Shown: piece by piece, positions 29,024 to 38,933 of the stretch | How the letters are laid out: every line of letters begins with the position of its first letter | Position numbering within the stretch: the first letter of the stretch is position 1 | Source: Candidatus Nomurabacteria bacterium | GTDB taxonomy: Bacteria > Patescibacteriota > Minisyncoccia > Phycocordibacterales > UBA918 | Assembly: GCA_023898585.1 (NCBI GenBank) | Contig: CP060229.1 | Coordinates: forward strand, 790,587 to 854,586 | Length of the DNA stretch: 64,000 bases | Reading direction: 5' to 3' | The notes under the pieces: model-generated | What the model saw: only the letters and a program-made list of their open reading frames with translations | The model's database searches: none | Told to the model about the DNA's origin: nothing | Position numbers and translations under genes: made by a program

Positions 29024-29387
29024 GAATATGTCTGTTTCCGTCCGTACCACCAGAACTTGAGTATGGTCCTTATTGGCAATAAGACATCTTCTCGTTCCTG
29101 TATTTTATATAAGAGCACATAGCAAGTATCACTGTGACCTCCTGTAGAAACAGACAAGAAATATAATCCTTATCTTGAATTGCTCACTACGTATATCAAG
29201 TAGACATACGCACTCTGGCACCGCTTCAAGTAGAAACACTTGTGAGATGCAACCGTAATCACACCTACACGAACAAGTGGTCAGATAATAGCATAAAAAG
29301 AAGGACCCCAAGCGTGAGCAAGGGGTCCAAGGTTTCCTAAATCGAGCGAGGGCTTCGCCCAAGATAAGGGTCAAAAACGCAAGAACA

Positions 29388-30191
29388 TCAAGCGTTCAAG
29401 GCATCAAGGTTCTTCCGAGAAGACGAAACACCGAGGCTGTCGTCACGGTAGCCATCCCAGTAGACGCTGACATTCAGACCGCCAGCATCGAAGTTGCCGA
29501 CGATGACACGGCTGCCGTCCGCATCGACAGATGAAGTGCGAACATAGACACCTTTCAGTAGATACACGCCACGCACCTTGTAATAGGCGGTGACAGCGTA
29601 GCTGACTTCGGGAGCGTTCGGGACGTGCTCGACATCCGTAAGCAAAGCTTTTTGCTTATCCCACGTCTTCTTGCGAGAATTGAGGTACGGTTCCTTGCGA
29701 ACCATCAGCCATTGGCAAGCGGAGACCACATCCTCACGAGAGAACGTGTGCTGACTTTCGGCGTACCAGCCCTCCGACTTGGAGTAAAACAGCTGGTTGT
29801 CGAGGTCACGAACCTGAAGCAGGTTGTGGTCGGTCGGCGGTGTCGCCAACAGCATATAGCCGTTTGTGCGAAGCCACTGCAAGGTCTTTTCGTCGGGCAG
29901 GGTGTCAGCGAAAGCTGTTATCTGCTCGTCAGAGTAGTGGAACCCATAGGCGTTTGCAACATCTTCAGGCGAAATGAAATCATCGCCGAGAATGAGCATT
30001 GCCAAGGCAAATCCCTTGGGTGTCTCGTCACCCCGTGCGATAGCGACCGCACGGACCATCCGTGCTTTGTTTTCAATAAGTTCTTGGAGCAGGTCAGGCG
30101 TTCCGCCTTGGCGACCAAACTCGGCAATGAACTCATTGGTTTGACCGAGCGAAAAATCACTCGTTTTGCTGTGAGCTACACGATTTGTCAT
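29388..30191 (-). CDS. DGR target (variable) protein; C-terminal C-type-lectin/FGE-like variable region
   Basis: 267 aa. The C-terminal 40 aa are encoded by the VR (…VDADGSRVIVGNFDAGGLNVSVYWDGYRDDSLGVSSSRK). The VR sits at the 3' end of the gene, which is the canonical arrangement. Confidence 0.8.
   Translation of the reverse strand: MTNRVAHSKTSDFSLGQTNEFIAEFGRQGGTPDLLQELIENKARMVRAVAIARGDETPKGFALAMLILGDDFISPEDVANAYGFHYSDEQITAFADTLPDEKTLQWLRTNGYMLLATPPTDHNLLQVRDLDNQLFYSKSEGWYAESQHTFSREDVVSACQWLMVRKEPYLNSRKKTWDKQKALLTDVEHVPNAPEVSYAVTAYYKVRGVYLLKGVYVRTSSVDADGSRVIVGNFDAGGLNVSVYWDGYRDDSLGVSSSRKNLDALNA
29413..29523 (-). repeat. DGR variable repeat (VR), 111 bp, inside the 3' end of the target gene
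   Basis: 101/111 identical to the TR. All 10 differences correspond to TR adenines (A to C, G or T). Confidence 0.85.
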
Positions 30192-30370
30192 CGCAATACT
30201 CTCCTATGTAGTTGGTGTTATGTCCGTTCAGAATGAGACGAACATTTTATATACCAGTATTGATATGCAAAATGTTCGTTTCATTGAACCTTGAATATAG
30301 AAAGAACGAGGTCTGAACTATAACATATTTTAGATAAAAAGCAAGGTTAGACCCTCTTTATGTTGTAGCT

Positions 30371-30661
30371 ATGACTAAAAACTGTAAAATACTCTCAATG
30401 CTTACTGAACGAGAAAAGATGTTTGGCGAACTGCCAAAAGGTGCATATTTGTACTGTATTCACTGTGAACGTGCCTACCCAAAAGATAAGTATCGAGTGA
30501 TGTCTGATATTGATTTTGGATTGATGCAGATGTGTCCGTATGAAGATTGTGATGGTGATGCGGTAATGGATGCGTGGGAATGGACCCGTATTTGCTCTGA
30601 ACACACTGATTACCCAGATGTACCAGAAGAAAACAAGGTGTACCCAATGTACAAACAATAA
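30371..30661 (+). CDS. small Cys-rich (zinc-ribbon-like) protein
   Basis: 96 aa with CxxC...C..C..C clusters (CIHCERAY, CPYEDCDGD, ICSEH). Its stop is 2 nt before the HEPN-like gene. Confidence 0.4.
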   Translation: MTKNCKILSMLTEREKMFGELPKGAYLYCIHCERAYPKDKYRVMSDIDFGLMQMCPYEDCDGDAVMDAWEWTRICSEHTDYPDVPEENKVYPMYKQ

Positions 30662-30663
30662 CT

Positions 30664-31542
30664 ATGGCAAATCTATCTCTAATCAAAAACTGGCACGAAA
30701 AAGCGAAAGAAGACTACTTTTCACGCTTTGTGTTTGAGTATATGGCATTTGAAGCGTTCTTGAAGAAATATAAGTATACTGAAGACGATATATGCAATTT
30801 AGCCAATAACACTAGAGAGCGTTCGTACATACAGGCGTTCAAGAATGATGTGAGTTACGCTACCCAGTGGTCAGAACTCGTTACGTCAAACCAGCGACTG
30901 CAAGAAACTGTAAACGAATTGATTACTTTTTTGAATAACGAACCACTGGCAACATCTAGTAACTGGTGGAGCTGTATGGCATATGAACACGGTCTGTGTG
31001 CCACTCAAGGCATTCGTGGTGTTCTCGTCACGAATACTGATTTTATAAATGTGGTTGAGTTCTGGTATCAAGTACGAAACAACCTATTTCACGCTGGTAA
31101 AGACCCAGACAGCAAGCGTGATGAAAAGCTGGTTGCGTTCGCATACAACACATTGTCTGTATTTATGGGAGAAGTTCTAATTGTCGAAATGGAGCAACGA
31201 ACTATGGTCCCGTCATCTTGGGAAGATTTTGAGCATCGCTTTTTTTCTGGTCAAGCTGAAGCACAAGTAAAAACAAATAACGGAACTGGTTGTGCAAACG
31301 TATATGAGTTACTTTTTATAGACGATGACGCATTGCCAGTACTTTTTGAGGGCACGCTAATAGACCGTAAATATCTTGTCGATAAAGTGGTGTTTCACCT
31401 TATCAATCTCTATGGTGATGATGATTTATTCAAGGAAGAATGGGACCGTGTGGTGAGTTATGCAACAACACCCGAACAGCGAGATATCATCCGACAGTAC
31501 TTCAAGCCACGAGATTACTTTCCGATAGATGACGAGCAATAA
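30664..31542 (+). CDS. HEPN-motif protein (Abi-like predicted RNase)
   Basis: 292 aa. WYQVRNNLFHAGK contains the Rx4-6H HEPN catalytic motif. It forms an operon with the Cys-rich ORF. Confidence 0.5.
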   Translation: MANLSLIKNWHEKAKEDYFSRFVFEYMAFEAFLKKYKYTEDDICNLANNTRERSYIQAFKNDVSYATQWSELVTSNQRLQETVNELITFLNNEPLATSSNWWSCMAYEHGLCATQGIRGVLVTNTDFINVVEFWYQVRNNLFHAGKDPDSKRDEKLVAFAYNTLSVFMGEVLIVEMEQRTMVPSSWEDFEHRFFSGQAEAQVKTNNGTGCANVYELLFIDDDALPVLFEGTLIDRKYLVDKVVFHLINLYGDDDLFKEEWDRVVSYATTPEQRDIIRQYFKPRDYFPIDDEQ

Positions 31543-31681
31543 GCAGACTAACCAATCAATTCTTGCAGTTCCATAACGTTTGATTTGATGTATTCTCTGC
31601 TATTATAGAGTTCTGAAAGCCAAGCTAATGGGTCACCAATTAGAGAGTCAGTTCGAGCACTCGAGAAGGCTCGAATCTGAC

Positions 31682-31720
31682 AAACAAAAACAGTCTCAGA
31701 TTGAGACTGTTTTTGTTTGC
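31682..31720. terminator. bidirectional terminator hairpin
   Basis: AAACAAAAACAGTCTCA-GAT-TGAGACTGTTTTTGTTT is a 17-bp perfect stem with U-runs on both sides. Confidence 0.55.
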
Positions 31721-31772
31721 TTGAAAATAAACTTTGAATAGATATGTCACATTAGTACAATGTAAAGTAAAT

Positions 31773-33287
31773 ATGCAAAATGTGAGACTTACCAAAACCG
31801 ATTTTCTTATAGCAAAAGACTGCAACAAGAATGCATGGTTAAAGCTGCATAAACCAGATATATACAAAGCAAAGCCACTGACTGATTTTGACAAAAACAT
31901 TATTGAAACTGGCAATGAGATTGACGAGCTGGCACGGCAGCTTTTTCCTGATGGTGCATTAGTTGAGAATCGTGATGACATAGAGCTAACCAAAAAACTG
32001 ATTTCAGAACACACATCAGTTATTTATCAGCCAGTATTTTCTACAAATGAATATATGGCGGTAGCCGACATCATCGTTTGGAATGATACACAAAATGCAT
32101 ACGACTTATATGAAGTTAAGTCCTCAACAGCTGGTTCTGATGGTGAAGGACGGAGAACAAATGAATATGTTATTGACCTAGCTTTTCAAAAGAAAGTTAT
32201 CGAGATGCTAGGTGTACCTGTGAACTCATACAACCTTGTCCGCTTAAACAAAGAGTACGTACGAGGAGCAGAGCTATCAATTCCAGACTTATTTACAATT
32301 GAAGACCTGTCAGAAGAAGTAGATAAAGTGATGGCAGATATTGCATCACAAATGGCTGGAGTACGTGAGTATTTACTAAAGGAAGACGAACCAGCTGGTT
32401 ACTGTGACTGTATCTATAAAACTAAAGGAAACCATTGCACCACATCATGGTATTCACTACATGAATTGCCAGAATATTCGGTCCACCGTATTTCACGTAT
32501 CCACAAGACAAAGCTCAGTGCTTTTGTTGAAAGTGAGACTCTAGATATTCAAGCATTATCGTATGAACAAATTGAGACACTTTCTGATATCCAACAAAAA
32601 CAAGTGAACGTTGCCCAAAGTGGCAAGGTTGAGTTTGATGAGGAAGAGATTACTAAGTTCCTAGACCAATTAGAATACCCATTAGCATTTATTGATTACG
32701 AAACATATCCGTCTGCAATTCCACGTTTCCTTGGATATAAGCCATATCAACAAATACCATTTCAATTTTCACTTCATGTTATCGAAAAACCAGGGGGTGA
32801 AATGGTCCATACTGACTTTTTACATACTGACAACACAAACCCTGATGAATCTTTCTTAGAGGCGCTACAGGTTAATTTACCAGCGTCTGGGAGCATTTTG
32901 GTATGGAATCAAAGATTTGAAAAAGGTATTAATCAGCAACTAGCAGAACGCAATCCAGCATATAGCCAGTTTGTAGAGAATGTGAACGGCAGAGTAATTG
33001 ACCTCATAGAGCCATTCGATGGAAACAAAGCAGCATATTGGCACCCTGACTTTATGGGCAAGTCTTCGATTAAGTACGTTCTACCGGCACTAGTTCCTGA
33101 TATGAGTTACAAAGAACTTTTGGTGCAAGACGGGGGGATGGCCGCCGATACATGGAATCGCATTGTTACAGGACAATTTTCTGAAGAAGAAGCACAAAAA
33201 CACATAAACGGACTGCGCGAATACTGCAGTTTGGATACTTTGGCTATGGTGAAGATCTGGGAAGTTTTGGTACAAACAGTTAGCTAA
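31773..33287 (+). CDS. DUF2779-like protein: N-terminal Cas4/RecB-like PD-(D/E)xK nuclease with Cys cluster + C-terminal RNase-H-like (DEDD-type) domain
   Basis: VADIIVWND...YDLYEVKSS matches the (D...E.K) nuclease signature. A Cys cluster YCDCIYKTKGNHC is present, and the C-terminus has AFIDYETYPSAIP...PFQFSLHV. The domain naming is from memory. Confidence 0.55.
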   Translation: MQNVRLTKTDFLIAKDCNKNAWLKLHKPDIYKAKPLTDFDKNIIETGNEIDELARQLFPDGALVENRDDIELTKKLISEHTSVIYQPVFSTNEYMAVADIIVWNDTQNAYDLYEVKSSTAGSDGEGRRTNEYVIDLAFQKKVIEMLGVPVNSYNLVRLNKEYVRGAELSIPDLFTIEDLSEEVDKVMADIASQMAGVREYLLKEDEPAGYCDCIYKTKGNHCTTSWYSLHELPEYSVHRISRIHKTKLSAFVESETLDIQALSYEQIETLSDIQQKQVNVAQSGKVEFDEEEITKFLDQLEYPLAFIDYETYPSAIPRFLGYKPYQQIPFQFSLHVIEKPGGEMVHTDFLHTDNTNPDESFLEALQVNLPASGSILVWNQRFEKGINQQLAERNPAYSQFVENVNGRVIDLIEPFDGNKAAYWHPDFMGKSSIKYVLPALVPDMSYKELLVQDGGMAADTWNRIVTGQFSEEEAQKHINGLREYCSLDTLAMVKIWEVLVQTVS

Positions 33288-36200
33288 CTGTATCTAAATA
33301 GGTCACTAACTTGTTTATCTCTTGTGTGTGATTGTGCCACCATTTGGTTGACCAGATTCTATAAACATCAAATCCCAAATTCTCTAACTCCCGTTGTCTA
33401 AACATATCATATGAATAGGCTTCGTTAGATGAATGATATGTTTTCCCGTCACACTCAATAACAATTTTCCTGTCACCAATCTCAACCAAAAAATCAACTC
33501 GGAAACCACCAATTCTTTTTTGAGGTGTAACAAATTTTTCATCAATTCTCTCTATCAAGCATTCAAACACCTCTTGTTCAAATGGTGATTCGATGAGACC
33601 TTCTTTTGAATTCCTTGTTCTTGGCTGGTCATGCGAGTGTCTAAGTAAATCTTCTTTTATACTGTCTGCATCTTCAAGGTTAGATTCAGAAATTGCTTTT
33701 GCATACGAAAGATAAGCATAGAGTATGGCACGTCTGTTATTGCCATATTGGTCGAGAAGTTCCGAATAGCTTGAGTACTTATTTTGCGGTATTGATGTAC
33801 AGATATAAACTTTATCGCGTGCTCTGGTTATGAGTACGTTCAATAGTTTATATGCCTTTTCCACCAACAAAGGCCCGAATCGTTCATAAAATTTTCCATT
33901 CTGGTCATTGCCGTATGTTGTAGAAATGATAACAACATCCATTTCGTCACCTTGTATATTTTCTAGATTTTTGATGAACAGACCATTGTCTGATTCTTTT
34001 ATCTTTTCAATCTTAGTAGCAAATGAGCTATCTTTGATCATCTCCTCATTTATCCTATCTGAAATACTATCCCTCTGTGAAATATTGAATGTAGCAATAC
34101 CAACTGATGGGAATGTGCCGTCAGGATTAGATGTAATTTCTTCTCGCAAAATTCTAACAACTTCATCAATTTCTCTATAGTTTACTTTTCCTTGGCGAGA
34201 TTCAGCTTTTTCAAAAACCCCATTTACTTCAATGAACTTAATCGGCGTATATGCAAATCTCTCAGGGAAAGGTACGAGGTTGCCACCATAAAAAGCTACG
34301 TTTGAAAAATCAATCAGTGCTGGATGTTGTGAACGGTAGTGAAAGTCTAGGTACGACTGGCTTGAGTATCCAAGTGTTTCAGCATAATCCAGCAATGATT
34401 CACTGCGTGCACGCTCACTCTCTTGCAACTCTTCGTCAGTATAATCCTCACTATCCTTAACGTCTCCCTCTCTTTGGAAATAATTTGATGGTGGCATTTG
34501 GTGTTTATCTCCCGCAATCACTTTGTATTTACCACGCACAAATGATGTAAATGTGTCCTCTGTACGTAATTGACTTGCTTCGTCAAAAATCACCACATCA
34601 AAAAGACCCAACTCAAGTGGAAGCATAGAGTCAGCAGCCAAAGGGTTTGTGAGAATTACCGGAAAGATTGATGTGAACTGTTCAAAGTCTTCATGGATTA
34701 TTTTCCGTAGAGAGTTTGTTCTGCTATGAGTATTATTTTTTCTAAGGTTGTAGAGGATTCTAAAGTTGGTGCCGACATTTCTCCTGATATCTTGAGCCCA
34801 CTGATACTGAAGTATTTTGACTTGTTCACGCTTAAGTTCATTATAAACTTCAAGCAAACGCTCTAGTTCGCTGTTGTCTGTATTAAATCCATCTGAGTTT
34901 GATTCTAGTTTTTGTAGCAAGTAATAATATCTCCAGGCTCGTACTGCTGATAGCCATAAGCTAGTATCAACTTGGGATTTTATTATCCCAGAGATGACCT
35001 CTTTATATTCAGTTTTAAGTGCTTTATAGAAATATCCCCACTCATGCACTGATTGGTATAGTCCAAACTCATTTTTCATCAATGCTATCTTGTCTGAGAT
35101 AGCTTTAACATATTCCTTGTATTCTTCGATACTGTCTACCTCAATAAAATCAAGGGGTTCATCCGCTATAAATTTTTGCAGTTCTCTGTTTAGTTTTTTC
35201 TCTACTTTGAGTATTTTCTTATGTGAAGAAATGAGCTTTTTTGACAAAGCGAGGTCATTTTTTAGTGTGTCAATATTTTCCTTAAGTTGCTGTCCCGATT
35301 CAGAAAGAACAGTCTCTATAGAAGTTTCGATAGGTTCATACCCTATAAGGAGTTTGCTGCACAATGGAATCAAAGCTCTAAGCTCCTTCTTTCTTTTAGT
35401 GGATGATCTCGAGCTGCGAAACAGACCTATTGTTTTGTCTGAAAAATCTAGAGCCAAACTATCTGTTCCATTCTCTTCAAGTAGTAAGGTGAGTTTTTCT
35501 TCCACGCCCTCAAGAGCATTTTTCATCTCATCACAAATCTTTAGTGAAGCTTTTGTGTCATTACCATCTACGATGGTTTCCAGGCGATCCACTGGTTCAA
35601 AATTAGCACCCCTGTCGGTATTGACACTGGTTACGAGCCTGTAGCCAAATTCCTCCATGGATCGTAAATATTCAAGGTCCTTACTAACTACCTCAATCAT
35701 CCTTTTGAGCTCCGGTTTAATCTCTGATGGTTTTATGTCATCCAAAGAAAGAGTGTCTTCAAAGAGACTTGGCTTATCTACAATCAATTCTACTGACTGT
35801 AACGATTTTAAGAAGCCACTGACAATTGGAGCAGATGCGTTACACCTATCCAATAAGACTGCTGTTCTGTTCTTCACTTCATTTAGAGCATCTAAATCAA
35901 AGATATTCTCGCCTGAAACAGCGATATTATCATTATCTAAATCGTCAATTTCTACACTTAGTTCATCAACTAAAATATCAGTGTCGTTTAGAGATTCGAG
36001 TAACTCATCAGAGGCTTGACGAGAAAATGGTTTATCATAAATCTTTTTATCCAAAGATAAAAACGCACTGCTATTACCACCTTGCAACTTTACATACGCA
36101 TGCGATGCGTCCTTAATGACAGTCTCAAATTCAATATATTCCTCATCTGCCAGAACAAATTTCTTTGGAAAATTGTTCTTGATTCCATCCCATGAGACCT

Positions 36201-37554
36201 CATTTGATGCATGCAGGAATTCTCCAATGCTATCTTTCCATGAGACCTCATCAATCTGCGCATTTCTCTCATTAGTGTGTTTTCTATTGAAGGAGTCACG
36301 TAGCCTGCAAAACTCCTGAAATTTATTTTCGTAGTTTTTCTTCTCACCGTGTAAAAGGCCTGTTCCGTAATCCTGGGTGTTTTCGACCACACTTCTCGCT
36401 TTTTTTACAATGGTAGTTCTATCCTTGCTCACATCATCAATAAGAGCACACATGTTATCTAGCTTCAGCTTGGAGAGATTTCTATGAATCACTTGAAGTG
36501 CTGTTCGTTTTTCACACACAACGAGACACTTACCGCCATTTTCTAGCACGTTCGTAATTATCGCCGTTAACGCCTGACTTTTTCCGGTTCCAGGAGGGCC
36601 CTGAATTAGCTTTACTTCATTATCAGTCAGAGTATTTATAATCTCTTCCTTACTCGGGTCAGTAGCTACCGAGCTAACTGTTGAAGTTTGAAACTTATCC
36701 AACACTAACTTTTGGTCTTGAAAGGCTGGCAGCTCCTTGAGCATCTTTTCTGCCTGTCTAATAACTGATTCTTTCTGGGAGGTAAAAATACCAAAAACAC
36801 CTGACCACTGGATCCATGCTTCGTCTGTGGCCAAGCCATCTAGTTTATTACCGGTTGGACACTTTTCAACCCTCAGACCTTTTATGTCTATTGATGATGA
36901 CTGGGTATTAATCTGAGAAAGAATTTTTTCACAAATTTCAAACAACTCTGATTCATCAACCACATTGTCGTCCAAGTATTCTGCGTCCAATGCATCTATA
37001 GATATCTGTGAATCCCTAAGGACATGAGACCGTAAAAGTTGGTTTATATGAGCACACCTTTCGGGGTTTTTCTTAACAGTCCAATGACTTTGTTTACGGT
37101 TAGATTTTTCAATATCTAAATTCCATATCAAAAGTGGAGCTTTTACTACTTTTTCAGGATCTGTCTGGTCACGTCTTATTAAAAGTGGGTAGCCAAAACC
37201 AAAATTTCTTATTCCCGATTCAAGGTATTGGTCCTCGTCATCTATCGAAATGTTGTTTAGTTTTCTTGCAATAAAATCAAGTTTCTCCTTTTGTTTTTCT
37301 TCTATTTCCGTAAAATTAATACCCTCGAAGTTTATAGCAAACTCGAATGACTCCTCGTTAAGCAGCTTATCTAAAAATTCTTTACTGAGCCCATCTCTTA
37401 TTTCATCAAGTTCTGCAAGGTCTAAACGTGACCTCGCTCTACCTGGAATTGCATTCAAGTGAATACCCCTCCGGTTACCAACTTTGAGTTTATCTAGAAG
37501 AGACTTAATAAATACCTCTTCAATCTTGACTTGTGAAATATTTTCCTCTTCCAT
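33280..37554 (-). CDS. 1424-aa DUF4011-like / SF1 (Upf1-like) helicase / C-terminal Vsr-DUF559 endonuclease protein (Hhe-like defence candidate)
   Basis: Walker A (LIQGPPGTGKSQAL), AAA_11/AAA_12-type helicase motifs (VIFDEASQ; a Q-motif and the motif VI region), and a C-terminal DUF559/Vsr PD-(D/E)xK domain (GGFRVDFLVE...IVIECDGKTYH). Confidence 0.7.
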   Translation of the reverse strand: MEEENISQVKIEEVFIKSLLDKLKVGNRRGIHLNAIPGRARSRLDLAELDEIRDGLSKEFLDKLLNEESFEFAINFEGINFTEIEEKQKEKLDFIARKLNNISIDDEDQYLESGIRNFGFGYPLLIRRDQTDPEKVVKAPLLIWNLDIEKSNRKQSHWTVKKNPERCAHINQLLRSHVLRDSQISIDALDAEYLDDNVVDESELFEICEKILSQINTQSSSIDIKGLRVEKCPTGNKLDGLATDEAWIQWSGVFGIFTSQKESVIRQAEKMLKELPAFQDQKLVLDKFQTSTVSSVATDPSKEEIINTLTDNEVKLIQGPPGTGKSQALTAIITNVLENGGKCLVVCEKRTALQVIHRNLSKLKLDNMCALIDDVSKDRTTIVKKARSVVENTQDYGTGLLHGEKKNYENKFQEFCRLRDSFNRKHTNERNAQIDEVSWKDSIGEFLHASNEVSWDGIKNNFPKKFVLADEEYIEFETVIKDASHAYVKLQGGNSSAFLSLDKKIYDKPFSRQASDELLESLNDTDILVDELSVEIDDLDNDNIAVSGENIFDLDALNEVKNRTAVLLDRCNASAPIVSGFLKSLQSVELIVDKPSLFEDTLSLDDIKPSEIKPELKRMIEVVSKDLEYLRSMEEFGYRLVTSVNTDRGANFEPVDRLETIVDGNDTKASLKICDEMKNALEGVEEKLTLLLEENGTDSLALDFSDKTIGLFRSSRSSTKRKKELRALIPLCSKLLIGYEPIETSIETVLSESGQQLKENIDTLKNDLALSKKLISSHKKILKVEKKLNRELQKFIADEPLDFIEVDSIEEYKEYVKAISDKIALMKNEFGLYQSVHEWGYFYKALKTEYKEVISGIIKSQVDTSLWLSAVRAWRYYYLLQKLESNSDGFNTDNSELERLLEVYNELKREQVKILQYQWAQDIRRNVGTNFRILYNLRKNNTHSRTNSLRKIIHEDFEQFTSIFPVILTNPLAADSMLPLELGLFDVVIFDEASQLRTEDTFTSFVRGKYKVIAGDKHQMPPSNYFQREGDVKDSEDYTDEELQESERARSESLLDYAETLGYSSQSYLDFHYRSQHPALIDFSNVAFYGGNLVPFPERFAYTPIKFIEVNGVFEKAESRQGKVNYREIDEVVRILREEITSNPDGTFPSVGIATFNISQRDSISDRINEEMIKDSSFATKIEKIKESDNGLFIKNLENIQGDEMDVVIISTTYGNDQNGKFYERFGPLLVEKAYKLLNVLITRARDKVYICTSIPQNKYSSYSELLDQYGNNRRAILYAYLSYAKAISESNLEDADSIKEDLLRHSHDQPRTRNSKEGLIESPFEQEVFECLIERIDEKFVTPQKRIGGFRVDFLVEIGDRKIVIECDGKTYHSSNEAYSYDMFRQRELENLGFDVYRIWSTKWWHNHTQEINKLVTYLDTVS

Positions 37555-37658
37555 AATAAGAAAGATATCATAATATGTTGAAAATATAAGTCTTTTTGAG
37601 TGTCTAACACCAGGAGGGAAAGTTTCTAATTTAAAGGGACAGCTGATAGAATAATTTT

Positions 37659-38405
37659 ATGTCAAAGATAAAACTCCTTTTATATGGTTCAATAACCCTA
37701 GTCTGTTTCTTGGTTGGAGGTCCACTTTTGGCCTTGCTGGCAATTTTAGTTATGGTGTACCTTCATAAAAAACGAGATGATAGTTCAAACAAAGTTGTCG
37801 CCTCTGCTGTAGGTCAAGAAATACCCACATCATCGACAAATGAAGTACCCAGTCCTATTCCAACAGATAATCGTTTTGATGCAAAATCTGACTTTAAGAG
37901 TTTGTTGACTATCTACAAAACTTTGCCTAAAGAGGACGAGGTTGATGTGAAGAAGCTTTTAACTAAAGTTAATCCAGATGCCACTGAACACAAATGTCCT
38001 TATTGTGGTACGGAACACGATTTCTCAGCTGTACGAGCGAGGAAGTGTCCGGTCTGCGGAGAGAAGATGGTTGTTAGACAGAGAAAATGGGGTCAGCCAC
38101 CATTTCTTGGCCTCCCCACAGAACGCAGTGTCTGCTCAAGTCCGTATTTTTCAACTGTTCTTAACATCCATGCCTCTGAACCATATGGTACACCTTTTGA
38201 TTCAGAACGTTCAAGAGTCACTTCCTCTTCATTAGTCTGTGGGGTGTTAAGGAGTGTAAGGTACTCTCTTGGTTCCTCTATAGGCCATGGTGACAATAGT
38301 TTCTTTTGTTGTACTGTCCCCCTCTCTCTTCTCCAGACACTTGACCATTGCCAGTCTTCTGCGTGTCGCACCAGGCTTGCCTTAAGTGCATTTCGTTCCA
38401 CGTAG
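37659..38405 (+). CDS. membrane-anchored zinc-ribbon protein (3' part of ORF probably spurious read-through)
   Basis: N-terminal TM helix, then a double CxxC zinc ribbon (CPYCGTEHD...CPVCGEKM). The last ~100 codons overlap the RAYT gene on the opposite strand, so the true gene probably ends near 38.1 kb. Confidence 0.3.
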   Translation: MSKIKLLLYGSITLVCFLVGGPLLALLAILVMVYLHKKRDDSSNKVVASAVGQEIPTSSTNEVPSPIPTDNRFDAKSDFKSLLTIYKTLPKEDEVDVKKLLTKVNPDATEHKCPYCGTEHDFSAVRARKCPVCGEKMVVRQRKWGQPPFLGLPTERSVCSSPYFSTVLNIHASEPYGTPFDSERSRVTSSSLVCGVLRSVRYSLGSSIGHGDNSFFCCTVPLSLLQTLDHCQSSACRTRLALSAFRST

Positions 38406-38767
38406 CGTATGAGGGTGAGTAGGTGTGTATCTTGCTGACATAAGAATGATTTATACCTGCCTTGATAGAGGTGACCTTGCCCTACAGTACCCTTTGCGAC
38501 ATGCCACTTGCGTGTATGTGCATTACTCAACCACCCCATAAATTGTGAAAGCACAGCATCATCTTGTGGAAAGAGTACGAGATGCCAGTGGTTTGGCATG
38601 AGGCAGTATGCAAGAAGTCGCATGTCATACTCCGCCACACCTTCGGTAAGGAGTTGCTCAAACAGCTTATAGTCGTTTGCATCATCAAAAATCTCCGCTC
38701 GCGCGTTTGCACGATTTAACACATGATACACGTGTCCTCCAACATCAACTCGCGGTGCGCGGGGCAT
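38093..38767 (-). CDS. REP-associated tyrosine transposase (RAYT / IS200-like Y1 HUH transposase)
   Basis: HUH motif MPNHWHLVL and catalytic Tyr motif YQGRYKS. Size is about 224 aa. Confidence 0.8.
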   Translation of the reverse strand: MPRAPRVDVGGHVYHVLNRANARAEIFDDANDYKLFEQLLTEGVAEYDMRLLAYCLMPNHWHLVLFPQDDAVLSQFMGWLSNAHTRKWHVAKGTVGQGHLYQGRYKSFLCQQDTHLLTLIRYVERNALKASLVRHAEDWQWSSVWRRERGTVQQKKLLSPWPIEEPREYLTLLNTPQTNEEEVTLERSESKGVPYGSEAWMLRTVEKYGLEQTLRSVGRPRNGG

Positions 38768-38933
38768 ATGTAGATTGTATCATAAATGGTGGCTGACCCC
38801 ATTTTCTTGACCCCATTTTTCATTTTTGCTTCCCGAAGAAATTATTGGTATTTTAATTGATACACAACGAGTGTCAAATTTATCAACAGGTATGTTGATT
38901 TTATGTACACAATAAAGTATACTGATAATACTT

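Noticed and set aside
28804-29157. 117-aa ORF on the minus strand
   Set aside because: It covers the DGR template repeat. The protein-like reading (…VIVGNFDADGLNV…) is just the TR copy of the target C-terminus, so this is TR, not a gene.
29129-29374. 81-aa ORF between TR and VR
   Set aside because: It lies in the non-coding spacer between the DGR TR and the target gene, with no motif or RBS context.
37659-38405. Full 248-aa length of the plus-strand zinc-ribbon ORF
   Set aside because: Its last ~100 codons overlap the strongly supported RAYT gene on the opposite strand. This is probably read-through, and only the N-terminal ~150 aa are kept as a low-confidence gene.
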